Of a DNA stretch of 56,914 nucleotides, positions 26,973 through 36,638 are shown one piece after another. Every line of letters starts with the position of its first letter. Position 1 is the first letter of the stretch. Source of the DNA: Solirubrobacteraceae bacterium (GTDB lineage Bacteria; Actinomycetota; Thermoleophilia; Solirubrobacterales; Solirubrobacteraceae); the NCBI GenBank assembly GCA_035262945.1, contig DATFRW010000351.1, forward strand, positions 1-56,914, in the 5' to 3' direction. The notes under the pieces were generated by a model, which searched no databases, was not told the origin of the DNA, and saw only the letters and a program-made list of their open reading frames with translations. A program made the position numbers and the translations under genes.

Positions 26973-29045
26973 ATGCGAAGGCTCGGAGTCGACGTCGGCG
27001 GCACCTTCACCGACCTGCTCATCGTCGACGAGGACGCCGGGACGGTGTCCGTCGAGAAGGTGGCCACCACCGCCGACCCCGCCGACGGGGTGCTGGCCGG
27101 GACCATGCGCGTCATCGAGGCGGCCGGCCTGCGGCCCGACGACGTCGACGACTTTCTGCACGGCACGACGATTGCGACCAACATCGTGCTCGAGCGCGAC
27201 GGAGCCCGCGGCGGGCTGATCACCACCGAGGGCTTCCGCGACATCCTGCACACCGCCCGCCATCGCCGGCCGCTGACGTTCTCGATCTACCAGGAGGTCC
27301 CCTGGCAGGACCATCCACTCATCCCGCGCGAGCTGCGCCTGACCGTGCCCGAGCGCGTCACCGCGCCCGACGGCGCGATCGAGCGCCCGCTGGACGAGCA
27401 GGCGACCCGCGCCGCGGCCCGCCAGCTCGCTGCGCGCGACGTCGAGGCCGTCGCGGTCTGCTTCCTGTTCTCGTTCCTCAACGCCGAGCACGAGCAGCGC
27501 GTGCGGGCGATCCTCGAGGAGGAGCTCCCGGGCGTCTACGTGTTCCTGCGCAGCGACGTCGCGCCGCGCTACCGCGAGTACGAGGCGTTCTCCACGACCG
27601 CGCTGTGCGCCTACGTCGGCCCCAAGACCAACCGCTACATCGAGCGCCTCTCGCAGGCCCTCCAATCGGCCGGCGTGCGCGCCGAACTTCGCGTCATGAC
27701 CTCCGCGGGCGGCGTGGCCACCGCCGCCGGGGCGACGCGCCAGCCGGCGAACCTGCTCATGTCCGGCCCGGTCGCCGGCCTGATCGGCGGGCTCTGGGCG
27801 GCGCGGCTGTCGGGCTTCGAGGACGTGATCACGCTCGACGTCGGCGGCACGTCGGCCGACATCGGCGTGGCGCCCGGCGGCGAGCTGCGCCTCAAGCACC
27901 TGCTCGACACCCAGATCGCCGGCTACCACGCGATGATCCCGATGGCCGAGCTCGACACGATCGGCGCCGGCGGCGGCTCGCTGGCCTCGGTCGACGAGGC
28001 GGGCATGTTCCACGTCGGGCCGCAGTCGGCGGGCGCCGAGCCCGGTCCCGCCTGCTACCAGCGCGGCGGCGATCGCCCGACGGTGACCGACGCGATGCTC
28101 GTGGTCGGCAAGCTGCGGCCCGAGTCGTTCCTGGCCGGCGCGATGAGCGTCGATCCGGCGCTGGCCGAGCGCGCCCTGCGCGAGCACGTCTGCGAGCCGC
28201 TGGGCGTCGATCTCACCGAGGCGGCGGCGAGCACCGTCGGCGTCATCACCCACTCGATGATCCAGGCGATCGAGCTCAACTCGGTCCAGAAGGGCTACGA
28301 CCCGCGCGAGTTCACGCTCGTGGCGCTGGGCGGGGCCGGCGGGCTGTTCGCCGCGGACATCGCGCTGGAGATGGGGATCCCGCGCGTCCTCGTCCCGCCC
28401 AACCCCGGCATCACCTCGGCGCTGGGCCTGCTGGCGACCGACACCCTCTACGAGCACTCCACCACCGAGATGGCGCCCCTGGACGAGCTCGACTGGGACA
28501 GGGTGCGCGACCAGTTTGCCCGCCTGGACGAGCGCGGGCGCGAGCAGCTGCGCCGTGACGGCGTCGCCGACGACGCGATCGAGCTGCGCCACTTCGCCGA
28601 CTGCCGCTACGCCAACCAGGGCTACGAGCTGATGGTTGCCGCCCCCGACCTCGCGGTGGGCGCGCAGGCGTGGGCCGAGCAGCTCGCCGAGGGTTTCCAC
28701 GTCGCCCACGAGCGCCAGTACTCGCGGCGCTTCGACGGCGCGGTGCACCTCGTCAACCTGCGCACGCTGGCGGTGGGGCGCCGGCCGCCGCTGCGCTGGC
28801 CCGAGCTGCCGGCGGGCGACGGCGACCCGGGGCGCGCCCTGCGCCACGAGCAGGACGTGGTCTTCGTCGTCGACGGGCGCCGCGAGGCGCATTCCACCCG
28901 CTTCTACGAGCGCGCGGCCCTGCGCGCCGGCGACGATGTACCCGGGCCGGCCGTCATCGAGCAGTTCGACTCGACCACGGTGGTGAGCCCCGGCATGGGC
29001 GCGCGGGTGGACCCGCGCGGCAACCTGATCCTCGAGGCGCGATGA
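26973..29045 (+). CDS. hyuA: Hydantoinase/oxoprolinase family, A subunit (pair 2)
   Basis: 690 aa with LGVDVGGTFTDL, HGTTIATN, LDVGGTSAD and GAGGGS. Confidence 0.92.
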   Translation: MRRLGVDVGGTFTDLLIVDEDAGTVSVEKVATTADPADGVLAGTMRVIEAAGLRPDDVDDFLHGTTIATNIVLERDGARGGLITTEGFRDILHTARHRRPLTFSIYQEVPWQDHPLIPRELRLTVPERVTAPDGAIERPLDEQATRAAARQLAARDVEAVAVCFLFSFLNAEHEQRVRAILEEELPGVYVFLRSDVAPRYREYEAFSTTALCAYVGPKTNRYIERLSQALQSAGVRAELRVMTSAGGVATAAGATRQPANLLMSGPVAGLIGGLWAARLSGFEDVITLDVGGTSADIGVAPGGELRLKHLLDTQIAGYHAMIPMAELDTIGAGGGSLASVDEAGMFHVGPQSAGAEPGPACYQRGGDRPTVTDAMLVVGKLRPESFLAGAMSVDPALAERALREHVCEPLGVDLTEAAASTVGVITHSMIQAIELNSVQKGYDPREFTLVALGGAGGLFAADIALEMGIPRVLVPPNPGITSALGLLATDTLYEHSTTEMAPLDELDWDRVRDQFARLDERGREQLRRDGVADDAIELRHFADCRYANQGYELMVAAPDLAVGAQAWAEQLAEGFHVAHERQYSRRFDGAVHLVNLRTLAVGRRPPLRWPELPAGDGDPGRALRHEQDVVFVVDGRREAHSTRFYERAALRAGDDVPGPAVIEQFDSTTVVSPGMGARVDPRGNLILEAR

Positions 29046-30844
29046 GCGAGACAGAGACCGTCCGGCCGACCCTCGACCCGATGACGCTGCGCGTGCTGGG
29101 CGGCGCGTTCGGCGCGATCGCCAAGGAGATGGCGCAGGTCATCTTCCGCACCGCCTTCTTCCAGATCATTCGCGAGGCCGAGGACCTCGGCGCCGGCCTG
29201 TACACCCACGACGGCCAGGAGATCGCCGAGAGCGAGACGACCGCCATGCACTGCGGCTCGATCGGCGCCTACCTGCGCGGCATCGTCGAGGTCTGGGGAG
29301 GTGACATCGAGGACGGCGACGTCTTCCTGCATAACGACCCGCTCCATGGCGCCTCGCACATCGCCGACGTGTGCATCGCGGTGCCGATCTTCTGGGAGGG
29401 CCGGCTGATCGCCTGGGCCGCCGACACCGCCCACCTCGCCGACCTTGGCGCCGCCTCCGCAGGCCTGTGCACCGACGCCTTCGACTACTTCGCCGACGGG
29501 CGCAACTACCGTGCGCTGAAGATCGAGACCGGCGGGCAGCGCAACCAGGAGCTGGTGCGCCACATCTTCGACAACGTCCGCACGCCCGACGTCAACCGCG
29601 GCGACATCGAAGCGCTGTACACCGCCTCGCAGCTCGGCGCACGCCGCTTCGGCGCCCTGCTGGACAAGTACGGGGCCGACGTCGTGATGGCCGCCGCGCA
29701 TGCGTGGATGGACCACTGCGAGCAGCTCCTGCGGCGCGAGATCGAGAAGGTCCCCGACGGCGACTACGAGGCGCCCGTCCAGTGGATGGACGACGACGCG
29801 CGCAACCGCGACCACCCGCTCAACATCAATGTGAAGGTGGTCAAGCGCGGCAGCGACGTGACCATCGATCTCACCGGCAGCCACCCGGAGGTCGAGACGG
29901 CGGTCAACGCCCCGCTCGAGGGCTCCACGAAGATCGCCGCCTACTTCATCGTGCGCACGATCTTCCTCGACCAGGCCACCCACGCCGCCTACATCCCCAA
30001 CAACGAGGGGATGTTCCGCCCCGTCCATGTCGAGGCGCCCGAGGGCAGCCTCTTCAACCCGCGCTTCCCGCGCGCGACCTACGCGCGCTTCTGCGCCTGC
30101 CAGATCGCGGCCGACAGCGTGCTGCTCGCGCTGGCGGACGCGCTGCCGCAGCAGGTCTGCGCGGGCACCGGCGCCGAGGTCCACGTGATCGCCTTCAGCG
30201 GCATCGCGCCCGGGTCGCGCGCGTACTGGGTCTACGTGCAGGTCAACGAGTCCAGCTGGGGCGGCCGATACGGCAAGGACGGCATGGACTCGATCGGCTG
30301 CCTGATGGAGAACATCCGCAACAACCCGATCGAGGAGGAGGAGCTCTCCTTCCCGGTCCGGGTCGAACGCTACGAGCTGCGAGACGAAGGCCCCGCGCCC
30401 GGCCGCTGGCGCGGCGGGCTAGGGGTCATCCGCGCGACGCGCTCACTCGGCGAGGGCTGGGTGACCTCCGAGGCTGAGCGCCAGTTCGATCCGCCCAAGG
30501 GTCTCTTCGGCGGGCACAACGGTCGCACCGCGAAGACCGAGGTGCGCCGCGCGGACGGCAGCGTGCTCGAGCTGCCGTCGAAGTTCACCTCGTTCAAGCT
30601 CATGCCCGGCGACGTGATCGAGTTCCGCACCGCCTGCGGCGGCGGCTACGGCGATCCCCTCGAGCGCGACCCCGAGGCCGTCGCCCGCGACGCGCGCGAC
30701 AAGCTCGTGACCGTCGAGGGCGCGCGCGCCGACTACGGCGTCGTCCTGGACCCGCGGACGCTGGCGCTCGACCGCGAGGCGACCGATCGCGCGCGGGCCG
30801 CGGCGCGTCAGCCCACTGTGACGCCCTCCGGCAGCACCCCGTAG
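29042..30844 (+). CDS. hyuB: Hydantoinase B/oxoprolinase family, B subunit (pair 2)
   Basis: 600 aa from MSETETV. DPMTLRVLGGAFGAIAKEM...IIREAEDLGAGLY and GGGYGDP are present. ATGA overlap with hyuA. Confidence 0.92.
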   Translation: MSETETVRPTLDPMTLRVLGGAFGAIAKEMAQVIFRTAFFQIIREAEDLGAGLYTHDGQEIAESETTAMHCGSIGAYLRGIVEVWGGDIEDGDVFLHNDPLHGASHIADVCIAVPIFWEGRLIAWAADTAHLADLGAASAGLCTDAFDYFADGRNYRALKIETGGQRNQELVRHIFDNVRTPDVNRGDIEALYTASQLGARRFGALLDKYGADVVMAAAHAWMDHCEQLLRREIEKVPDGDYEAPVQWMDDDARNRDHPLNINVKVVKRGSDVTIDLTGSHPEVETAVNAPLEGSTKIAAYFIVRTIFLDQATHAAYIPNNEGMFRPVHVEAPEGSLFNPRFPRATYARFCACQIAADSVLLALADALPQQVCAGTGAEVHVIAFSGIAPGSRAYWVYVQVNESSWGGRYGKDGMDSIGCLMENIRNNPIEEEELSFPVRVERYELRDEGPAPGRWRGGLGVIRATRSLGEGWVTSEAERQFDPPKGLFGGHNGRTAKTEVRRADGSVLELPSKFTSFKLMPGDVIEFRTACGGGYGDPLERDPEAVARDARDKLVTVEGARADYGVVLDPRTLALDREATDRARAAARQPTVTPSGSTP

Positions 30845-32580
30845 TCGAACTGCGGCACCTCGCCACGGTCCTGCGCCATGCGCGCGCGCAGCTCGCCGGT
30901 CGCCCGTTCGTCCACGCCGTTGCCGTCGAGCACGACGCCGTAGTCGCGCTCGGACGACTCGCGCGAGACCAACCCGCGGTTGACGTCGCGCAGGACCTCC
31001 TCCGCCGGCCGCTCGAGGGGGTCGCCCCACCCCCCGGCCCCGGCGGTGCGGAAGACGAGGCGGTCGCCGGCCTGCACGGGGTGGGCGTCGACCTTTGAGG
31101 GCAGCTCGATCTCGGTGCCGTCGGCCTTGATCAGCAGCTTGTGGCTGCGCCCGCCGGCACGGCCACCGCCGATCCCCCATGGACTGATCAGCGCGCGATC
31201 GTCGTGGACGGTGAACTCGCCCGGCCCCGTGAAGACGTAGAGCTTCTCGATGCCCGTTCCGCCGCGGTGCAGCCCGGCGCCACCGGAGTCACGGACGGGG
31301 ATGTAGTGGTCGATGCGGACGGGGTAGTAGGACTCGGTGTACTCGGAGGGCGTGGTGCGGAACATCGGCCACCACGAGTGGCCGTCCAGGCCGTCGGCGA
31401 TCGGGCGGCCGGGGATCCCGCCGAAGAGCAACTCGACGAACTGGAAGTAGCGCCCATGCTCGTCGGTGCCCGAGAACACGAACGCGGGGCTCGTGCCGTA
31501 GCCGGCGGCCATCGCCAGGTCCGGGGCCTTCTGCCCCAGCGCCCCGCTCTGGCAGTCGAAGAAGCGCGTGTGCGTGTTGACGCGGTTGGAGAGCGGCGCC
31601 GGGAAGCGCGGGTTCAGCAGCGAGCCCTCCGGCAGGGTGACCTCGAAGACGTCGTAGAGCCCGTCGTTGAACAGGATCTGCGGATCGAAGGCCATGATCA
31701 TGTAGATCCCGAAGAACAGCTTGCAGAGGCCCTCATTGATGTGGAAGTTGATCGATCCGGGAGCCTGGTCGGACGTCCCCGTCCAGTCGACGTGGCAGAC
31801 GTCGCCGTCGCGCCAGATCGTCAGCACCATCTTGAACGGGCCGTTGCCCAGGCCGTCGTCGTCGACCCAGTCGGTGAAGCTGACGCGCTCCTCGGGGATG
31901 TACTGGTGGATGAGGCGCACCATCGCGTCGCGCGTGCGCGTGAGCAGCGCGTCGCAGGCGGCCGAGAAGGTCGCGCGCCCGAAGCGCTCGCAGATCTCCA
32001 CCACGCGGCGCTCGGCCGCGCGGCAGCCGCCGATGAGCGCCATGAGGTCGGAGCGGTTGACGATCGGCGTGCGCGTGTTGTTGAGGATGATCTGCAGCGC
32101 GGTCTCGTTGAGCACGCCGCCCTCGAAGATCTTCACGGGCGGGATCCGCAGGCCCTCCTCCCAGATCGACAGCGCCTCGTTGACCTGGCTGCCGGCGACC
32201 TTGCCGCCGACGTCCATCATGTGGCCGAACATCGAGGCGAAGCCGACGTGCACGCCCTCGTGGAAGATCGGCAGGATCACCAGCCAGTCGTTGCAGTGCG
32301 AGATCGACCCCTTGCACAGGTAGGGGTCGTTGAGCAGGACGACGTCGCCCTCCTCGATGCGCCCCTCGAAGCGCTCGATCACCTCGGGGATGTAGGAGCC
32401 GAACTGCCCGACGATCATCTGCCCGCGCTCGTTGCAGATCATCGGGAACTCGTCGTGCTGCACCCGGATGGTGGGCGACATCGCGGCGCGGCGCACCACC
32501 TCATCCATCTCGAAACGCGCGTTGATGAGCGCGTTCTCGATGAGGTCGAGCGTGATCGGATCCACGGCGGTCTGCGTCAT
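30808..32580 (-). CDS. hyuB: Hydantoinase B family, B subunit (pair 3; divergent subclass)
   Basis: 590 aa from MTQTAVDPITLDLIENALINARFEMD. NDPYLCKGSISHCNDW and AGGWGDP are present. ATGA overlap with hyuA-3. The 3' end overlaps hyuB-2 by 37 nt. Confidence 0.9.
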   Translation of the reverse strand: MTQTAVDPITLDLIENALINARFEMDEVVRRAAMSPTIRVQHDEFPMICNERGQMIVGQFGSYIPEVIERFEGRIEEGDVVLLNDPYLCKGSISHCNDWLVILPIFHEGVHVGFASMFGHMMDVGGKVAGSQVNEALSIWEEGLRIPPVKIFEGGVLNETALQIILNNTRTPIVNRSDLMALIGGCRAAERRVVEICERFGRATFSAACDALLTRTRDAMVRLIHQYIPEERVSFTDWVDDDGLGNGPFKMVLTIWRDGDVCHVDWTGTSDQAPGSINFHINEGLCKLFFGIYMIMAFDPQILFNDGLYDVFEVTLPEGSLLNPRFPAPLSNRVNTHTRFFDCQSGALGQKAPDLAMAAGYGTSPAFVFSGTDEHGRYFQFVELLFGGIPGRPIADGLDGHSWWPMFRTTPSEYTESYYPVRIDHYIPVRDSGGAGLHRGGTGIEKLYVFTGPGEFTVHDDRALISPWGIGGGRAGGRSHKLLIKADGTEIELPSKVDAHPVQAGDRLVFRTAGAGGWGDPLERPAEEVLRDVNRGLVSRESSERDYGVVLDGNGVDERATGELRARMAQDRGEVPQFDYGVLPEGVTVG

Positions 32581-34628
32581 GTGGCCTCCGGTGCGATGAG
32601 CAGATTGAGGTAGGGGTCGACGGTGGCTACGTGCCCCGGCAAGACGATCGTCGTGGCGTCGTACTGCTCGACGATCGCGTAGCCCTCGATGCGAGCGCCC
32701 GCGTGCAGCTGCGCGCGCGAATAGGTGGGGACCTCCTGCGCCACTCCGCCCGCCCACACCGTGTGCGTGCCCGACTGCGCCGCCGACGGGTCGGCCGGCC
32801 CGGGATCGTGGCGCGGGATCTGCGGCGAGCGCGTGCCGCCCTGCGCGACCGCCCGCAGGCTCACGATCTCGGCGCCGCTGGGCAGCCGGAAGCCATAGAG
32901 GCGCTCGTGCACGACGTTGAACCGCTCGGTGAGTGCCTCGAGTGTCAGGTCGGGGAGCTCCCCGGCGCCGACGTCGATCGGGATCTCGAAGCCCTGGCGC
33001 TGGTAGCGCGTGTCGACGACGTAGTCGACGCGGCGGTCGGCGTCCGCCACCCGCTCGCCGGCGAGCCATTCGTCGGCCAGCCCGGCCAGTGCGCCCAGAC
33101 GCGCACGCAGCTCGTCGGCGTCGGTGTCCTCGGCGTCGCGGATGAAGGTCTCGCTGAACTCGTTCTTGATCTCGGCGGCCACGAAGCCCAGCGCCGAGAG
33201 CACGCCCGACTCGGGCGGCACGAGGACCGGGAAGCAGCCCAGCAGCGCGGCCAGCGCGTTGGCGTGCAGCCCGCCCGCGCCGCCGAACGACACGAGCGCA
33301 AACTCGCTGGGCGGTAGGCCCTTCTGCACGGTGACCACGCGCAGCGCGCCGAGCATGTTCTCGTTGACGATGTCCACGATCCCGGCGGCCGCCGCGTGCA
33401 CATCGAGGCCCAGCCGCGACGCGATCGCGTCCACCGACGCGTGGGCGGCGTCGACGTCGAGGCCGATCTCGCCGCCCAGCAGCCGGGGCGGCAGATGCCC
33501 CAGCACCACGTTGGCGTCGGTCACGGTGGCCTGGGTGCCCCCGCGCCCGTAGCACGCGGGCCCGGGATCGGCGCCGGCGCTCTGGGGTCCGACCCGCAGC
33601 GCGCCGGTCATGTCGGCGATGTAGGCGATCGAGCCGCCGCCGGCGCCGATGCTCTCGACCTCGACGGATGGCGCGCGCACCGGGAACTCGCCAACGGTTG
33701 TCTCGCGCGTGATGATCGGCTGGCCGCCCGAGCAGGTGGCGACGTCGGTCGACGTGCCGCCCATGTCGAAGGTGAGGATGCGATCGAAGCCCGCGGCGGC
33801 GGCCACGAACGATGCGCCCTTCACGCCGCCGGCCGGGCCGGAGAGCATCGTGTGGACCGGGATCGAGCGCGCGGACTCGAGGCTCATGAGGCCGCCATCG
33901 GACCGGACGACCTGCAGGTCGGCACCGGCGCGCACCTCGTCGAGGCCCGTACGCAGGCTCGAGAGGTAGCGGTCGAGCACGGGCGACACGTAGGCGTTCA
34001 TCACCGTGGTGACCGTGCGCTCGTACTCGCGGAACTCGGGCATGACGTCGCAGGAGATCGACACCGACAGGCCGGGCGCCTCCGCGCGCGCGATCTCGGC
34101 CACCTCGCGCTCGTGCTCGGGGCTCGCGAACGCGTTCATCAGCGACACGGTGAGCGCCTCGACCCCGCGATCGCGCAGGTCGGCGACCGCGGCGCGCGCC
34201 GCGTCGCGGTCGAGCGCGCGCACGACGGTGCCGTCGGCCGCCATCCGCCCGGGCACCTCGCGCGTGTCCTCGTAGTCAGCGATCGGCTCGGGCTTCTCGT
34301 AGATCATCCAGCCGAACAGCGGCCCCGGGGTCCACGCCTCGGCGAGGTGCAGCATCGAGCGCCAGCCCTCGCTGACGATGAGCCCGACGCGAGCACCGCG
34401 CTTCTCGAGCACCGCGTTCGTCGCCACCGTGGTGCCGTGCAGGATCGCGTCCAGTCGCTCGGGCCCCACGTCGGCCAGCCGGCCGATCACGGCGATGCCC
34501 TCGAGCACGCCAACGGACTGGTTCTGGGGCGTGCTCGGCGTCTTGGCCAGCCACACCTCCTCGGACTCCGTGTCGTGCAGCAGCAGGTCGGTGAACGTGC
34601 CCCCGACGTCGATCCCCATCCTCAGCAT
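32577..34628 (-). CDS. hyuA: Hydantoinase/oxoprolinase family, A subunit (pair 3)
   Basis: 683 aa with MGIDVGGTFTDLL, HGTTVATNA, FDMGGTSTD and GAGGGS. Confidence 0.92.
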   Translation of the reverse strand: MLRMGIDVGGTFTDLLLHDTESEEVWLAKTPSTPQNQSVGVLEGIAVIGRLADVGPERLDAILHGTTVATNAVLEKRGARVGLIVSEGWRSMLHLAEAWTPGPLFGWMIYEKPEPIADYEDTREVPGRMAADGTVVRALDRDAARAAVADLRDRGVEALTVSLMNAFASPEHEREVAEIARAEAPGLSVSISCDVMPEFREYERTVTTVMNAYVSPVLDRYLSSLRTGLDEVRAGADLQVVRSDGGLMSLESARSIPVHTMLSGPAGGVKGASFVAAAAGFDRILTFDMGGTSTDVATCSGGQPIITRETTVGEFPVRAPSVEVESIGAGGGSIAYIADMTGALRVGPQSAGADPGPACYGRGGTQATVTDANVVLGHLPPRLLGGEIGLDVDAAHASVDAIASRLGLDVHAAAAGIVDIVNENMLGALRVVTVQKGLPPSEFALVSFGGAGGLHANALAALLGCFPVLVPPESGVLSALGFVAAEIKNEFSETFIRDAEDTDADELRARLGALAGLADEWLAGERVADADRRVDYVVDTRYQRQGFEIPIDVGAGELPDLTLEALTERFNVVHERLYGFRLPSGAEIVSLRAVAQGGTRSPQIPRHDPGPADPSAAQSGTHTVWAGGVAQEVPTYSRAQLHAGARIEGYAIVEQYDATTIVLPGHVATVDPYLNLLIAPEAT

Positions 34629-34667
34629 GGCGGAAGACTATGGGTTCGGCGAGCCGACGATCTAGAA

Positions 34668-34756
34668 GTCCGACATTGGGACGCGATCGGCGGTTACGTC
34701 CGGCTCATTGGGGCCCATCAGGGCGTCGTCCCGCGCCGCGGAATAGTATGTCGGAC
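34668..34756. repeat. 9-nt inverted repeat GTCCGACAT ... ATGTCGGAC bracketing the ACAD 5' region
   Basis: GTCCGACAT at 34668-34676 is the exact complement of ATGTCGGAC at 34748-34756. The latter includes the ATG of the acyl-CoA dehydrogenase and is itself near-palindromic (ATGTCGGACAT). Confidence 0.4.
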
Positions 34757-35920
34757 ATCACGGTAGCCTCCGAGGAAGCAGTCAGCGAAGGCGAGATCCG
34801 CAGCGCCGTGCGCGAGCTCTGCGCGCGCTATCCGGACAGCTACTGGCGCGACATCGACCGCAGCGAGGCCTACCCCGAGGAGTTCGTGCGCGCACTGACC
34901 GAGGCGGGGTGGCTCGCCGCGCTGATCCCCGAGCGGTACGGCGGCGCCGGACTCGGGATCTCGCAGGGCGCGGTGATCCTCGAGGAGGTCAACCTCTCGG
35001 GCGCCAACGCCGGCGCCTGCCACGCGCAGATGTACGTCATGGGCACGCTGCTGCGCCACGGCAGCGACGAGCAGAAGGACCGCTGGCTGCCGCCGATCGC
35101 CGCCGGCGAGCTGCGATTGCAGGCCTTCGGCGTCACCGAGCCCGACGCGGGCCTCGACACGACGTCGATCAGGACGCGCGCGCGCCGCGACGGCAACACG
35201 TACACGATCGACGGCCAGAAGATCTGGACCTCGCGCGCGCTTCAGAGCGACCTGATGCTGCTGCTCGCGCGCACGTCGCCGCCCGATCCCGAGCGGCGCT
35301 GGTTTGGCCTGTCGACGTTCCTCGTCGACCTGCGCGAGGCCGGTGACGCGGTGCGCATCGTCCCCATCGAGACGATGCTCAACCACAACACCACCGAGGT
35401 CTTCATCGACGGGCTGCAGGTGCCGGCCGAGAACCTCATCGGCGAGGAGGGCTTCGGCTTTCGCTACATCCTCGACGGCATGAACGCCGAGCGCATCCTC
35501 ATCGCAGCGGAGTGCGTGGGCGACGGCCGCTGGTTCGTCGAGCGGGCGTCGAACCATGCCCGCGAGCGCTCGGTCTTCGGCCGGCCCATCGGGCAGAACC
35601 AGGGCGTCGCCTTTCCGATCGCCTGGGCGCACGTGCGGATCGAAGCCGCCGATCTCATGCGGCGGCGCGCATCGGAGCTGTACGAGCGCGGCGAGAAGTG
35701 CGCGGCAGAGGCCAACATGGCCAAGCTGCTGTGCGCGGACGCCTCGTGGCAGGCCGCCAACGCGTGCCTCGACACGTACGGGGGCGCGGGCTTCGCGCGC
35801 GAGTTCGACGTCGAGCGCAAGTTCCGCGAGACGCGTCTGTACCAGGTGGCGCCGGTGAGCACGAACATGGTGCTCGCGTTCCTCGCGCAGAACGTGCTGG
35901 GTCTGCCGCGGTCCTACTGA
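34748..35920 (+). CDS. Acyl-CoA dehydrogenase family protein
   Basis: 390 aa from MSDITVA. FGVTEPDAGLD, DGQKIWTS, YGGAGF and E..RE.RLYQV (C-terminal catalytic Glu region) are present. Confidence 0.88.
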   Translation: MSDITVASEEAVSEGEIRSAVRELCARYPDSYWRDIDRSEAYPEEFVRALTEAGWLAALIPERYGGAGLGISQGAVILEEVNLSGANAGACHAQMYVMGTLLRHGSDEQKDRWLPPIAAGELRLQAFGVTEPDAGLDTTSIRTRARRDGNTYTIDGQKIWTSRALQSDLMLLLARTSPPDPERRWFGLSTFLVDLREAGDAVRIVPIETMLNHNTTEVFIDGLQVPAENLIGEEGFGFRYILDGMNAERILIAAECVGDGRWFVERASNHARERSVFGRPIGQNQGVAFPIAWAHVRIEAADLMRRRASELYERGEKCAAEANMAKLLCADASWQAANACLDTYGGAGFAREFDVERKFRETRLYQVAPVSTNMVLAFLAQNVLGLPRSY

Positions 35921-35932
35921 CAGCATGCGCGC

Positions 35933-36616
35933 ATGAGCGACAACGCCGACACCGCCGTGGGGATCTTCCGCGAGGCGGCCGGCGGATACGACGCCGTCCG
36001 CCGCCGCGTCGTCCCGTGCTTCGACCCGTTCTACGGCCACGTCCTGCGCATGCTGCTCGGCGAGCCGCGGCGGGTGCTCGACCTCGGCGCCGGCACCGGG
36101 CTGCTGAGCCGCATGGTCGCCGACGCCGACCCCGAGGCTCGCCTGGTCCTCGTCGACGGCGCCGCCGAGATGCTCGAGCACGCCGAACGCGCCCTCGGCG
36201 ACCGCATCGAGGCCACCCACGTGCAGGACCTCGCCGACCCGCTTCCGGACGGGCCGTTCGACGCCGTGGTCTCGGCGTTCGCCATCCACCACCTCGAGGA
36301 CCCGGCGAAGGCCGACCTCTACGCGCGCGCCTTCGAGGTGCTCGCCCCCGGCGCGCCACTCGTCAACGGCGAGCAGGTCGCCGGCCCAACGCCCCGGCTC
36401 GACGCGCTGTACCGCCGCTGGCATGAGGAGGACGCCCGTGCGCTCGGCAGCGACGATGCCGAGTGGGAGGCGACCATCGAGCGCATGCGCCTCGACCTAT
36501 CGGCGCCGGTCGAGACGCAGCTTGACTGGATGCGCGACGCGGGCTTCGTCGACGTCGACTGCCCATGGCGCTCCGGTCGCTTCGCCGTGCTCTACGGCCG
36601 GCGCCCCGACGCCTGA
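35933..36616 (+). CDS. Class I SAM-dependent methyltransferase
   Basis: 227 aa. Motif I is VLDLGAGTGLL, followed by the post-I acidic motif LVLVDGA and by AIHHL. Confidence 0.8.
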   Translation: MSDNADTAVGIFREAAGGYDAVRRRVVPCFDPFYGHVLRMLLGEPRRVLDLGAGTGLLSRMVADADPEARLVLVDGAAEMLEHAERALGDRIEATHVQDLADPLPDGPFDAVVSAFAIHHLEDPAKADLYARAFEVLAPGAPLVNGEQVAGPTPRLDALYRRWHEEDARALGSDDAEWEATIERMRLDLSAPVETQLDWMRDAGFVDVDCPWRSGRFAVLYGRRPDA

Positions 36617-36638
36617 CCCGACCACGAGGAGGCAGACC

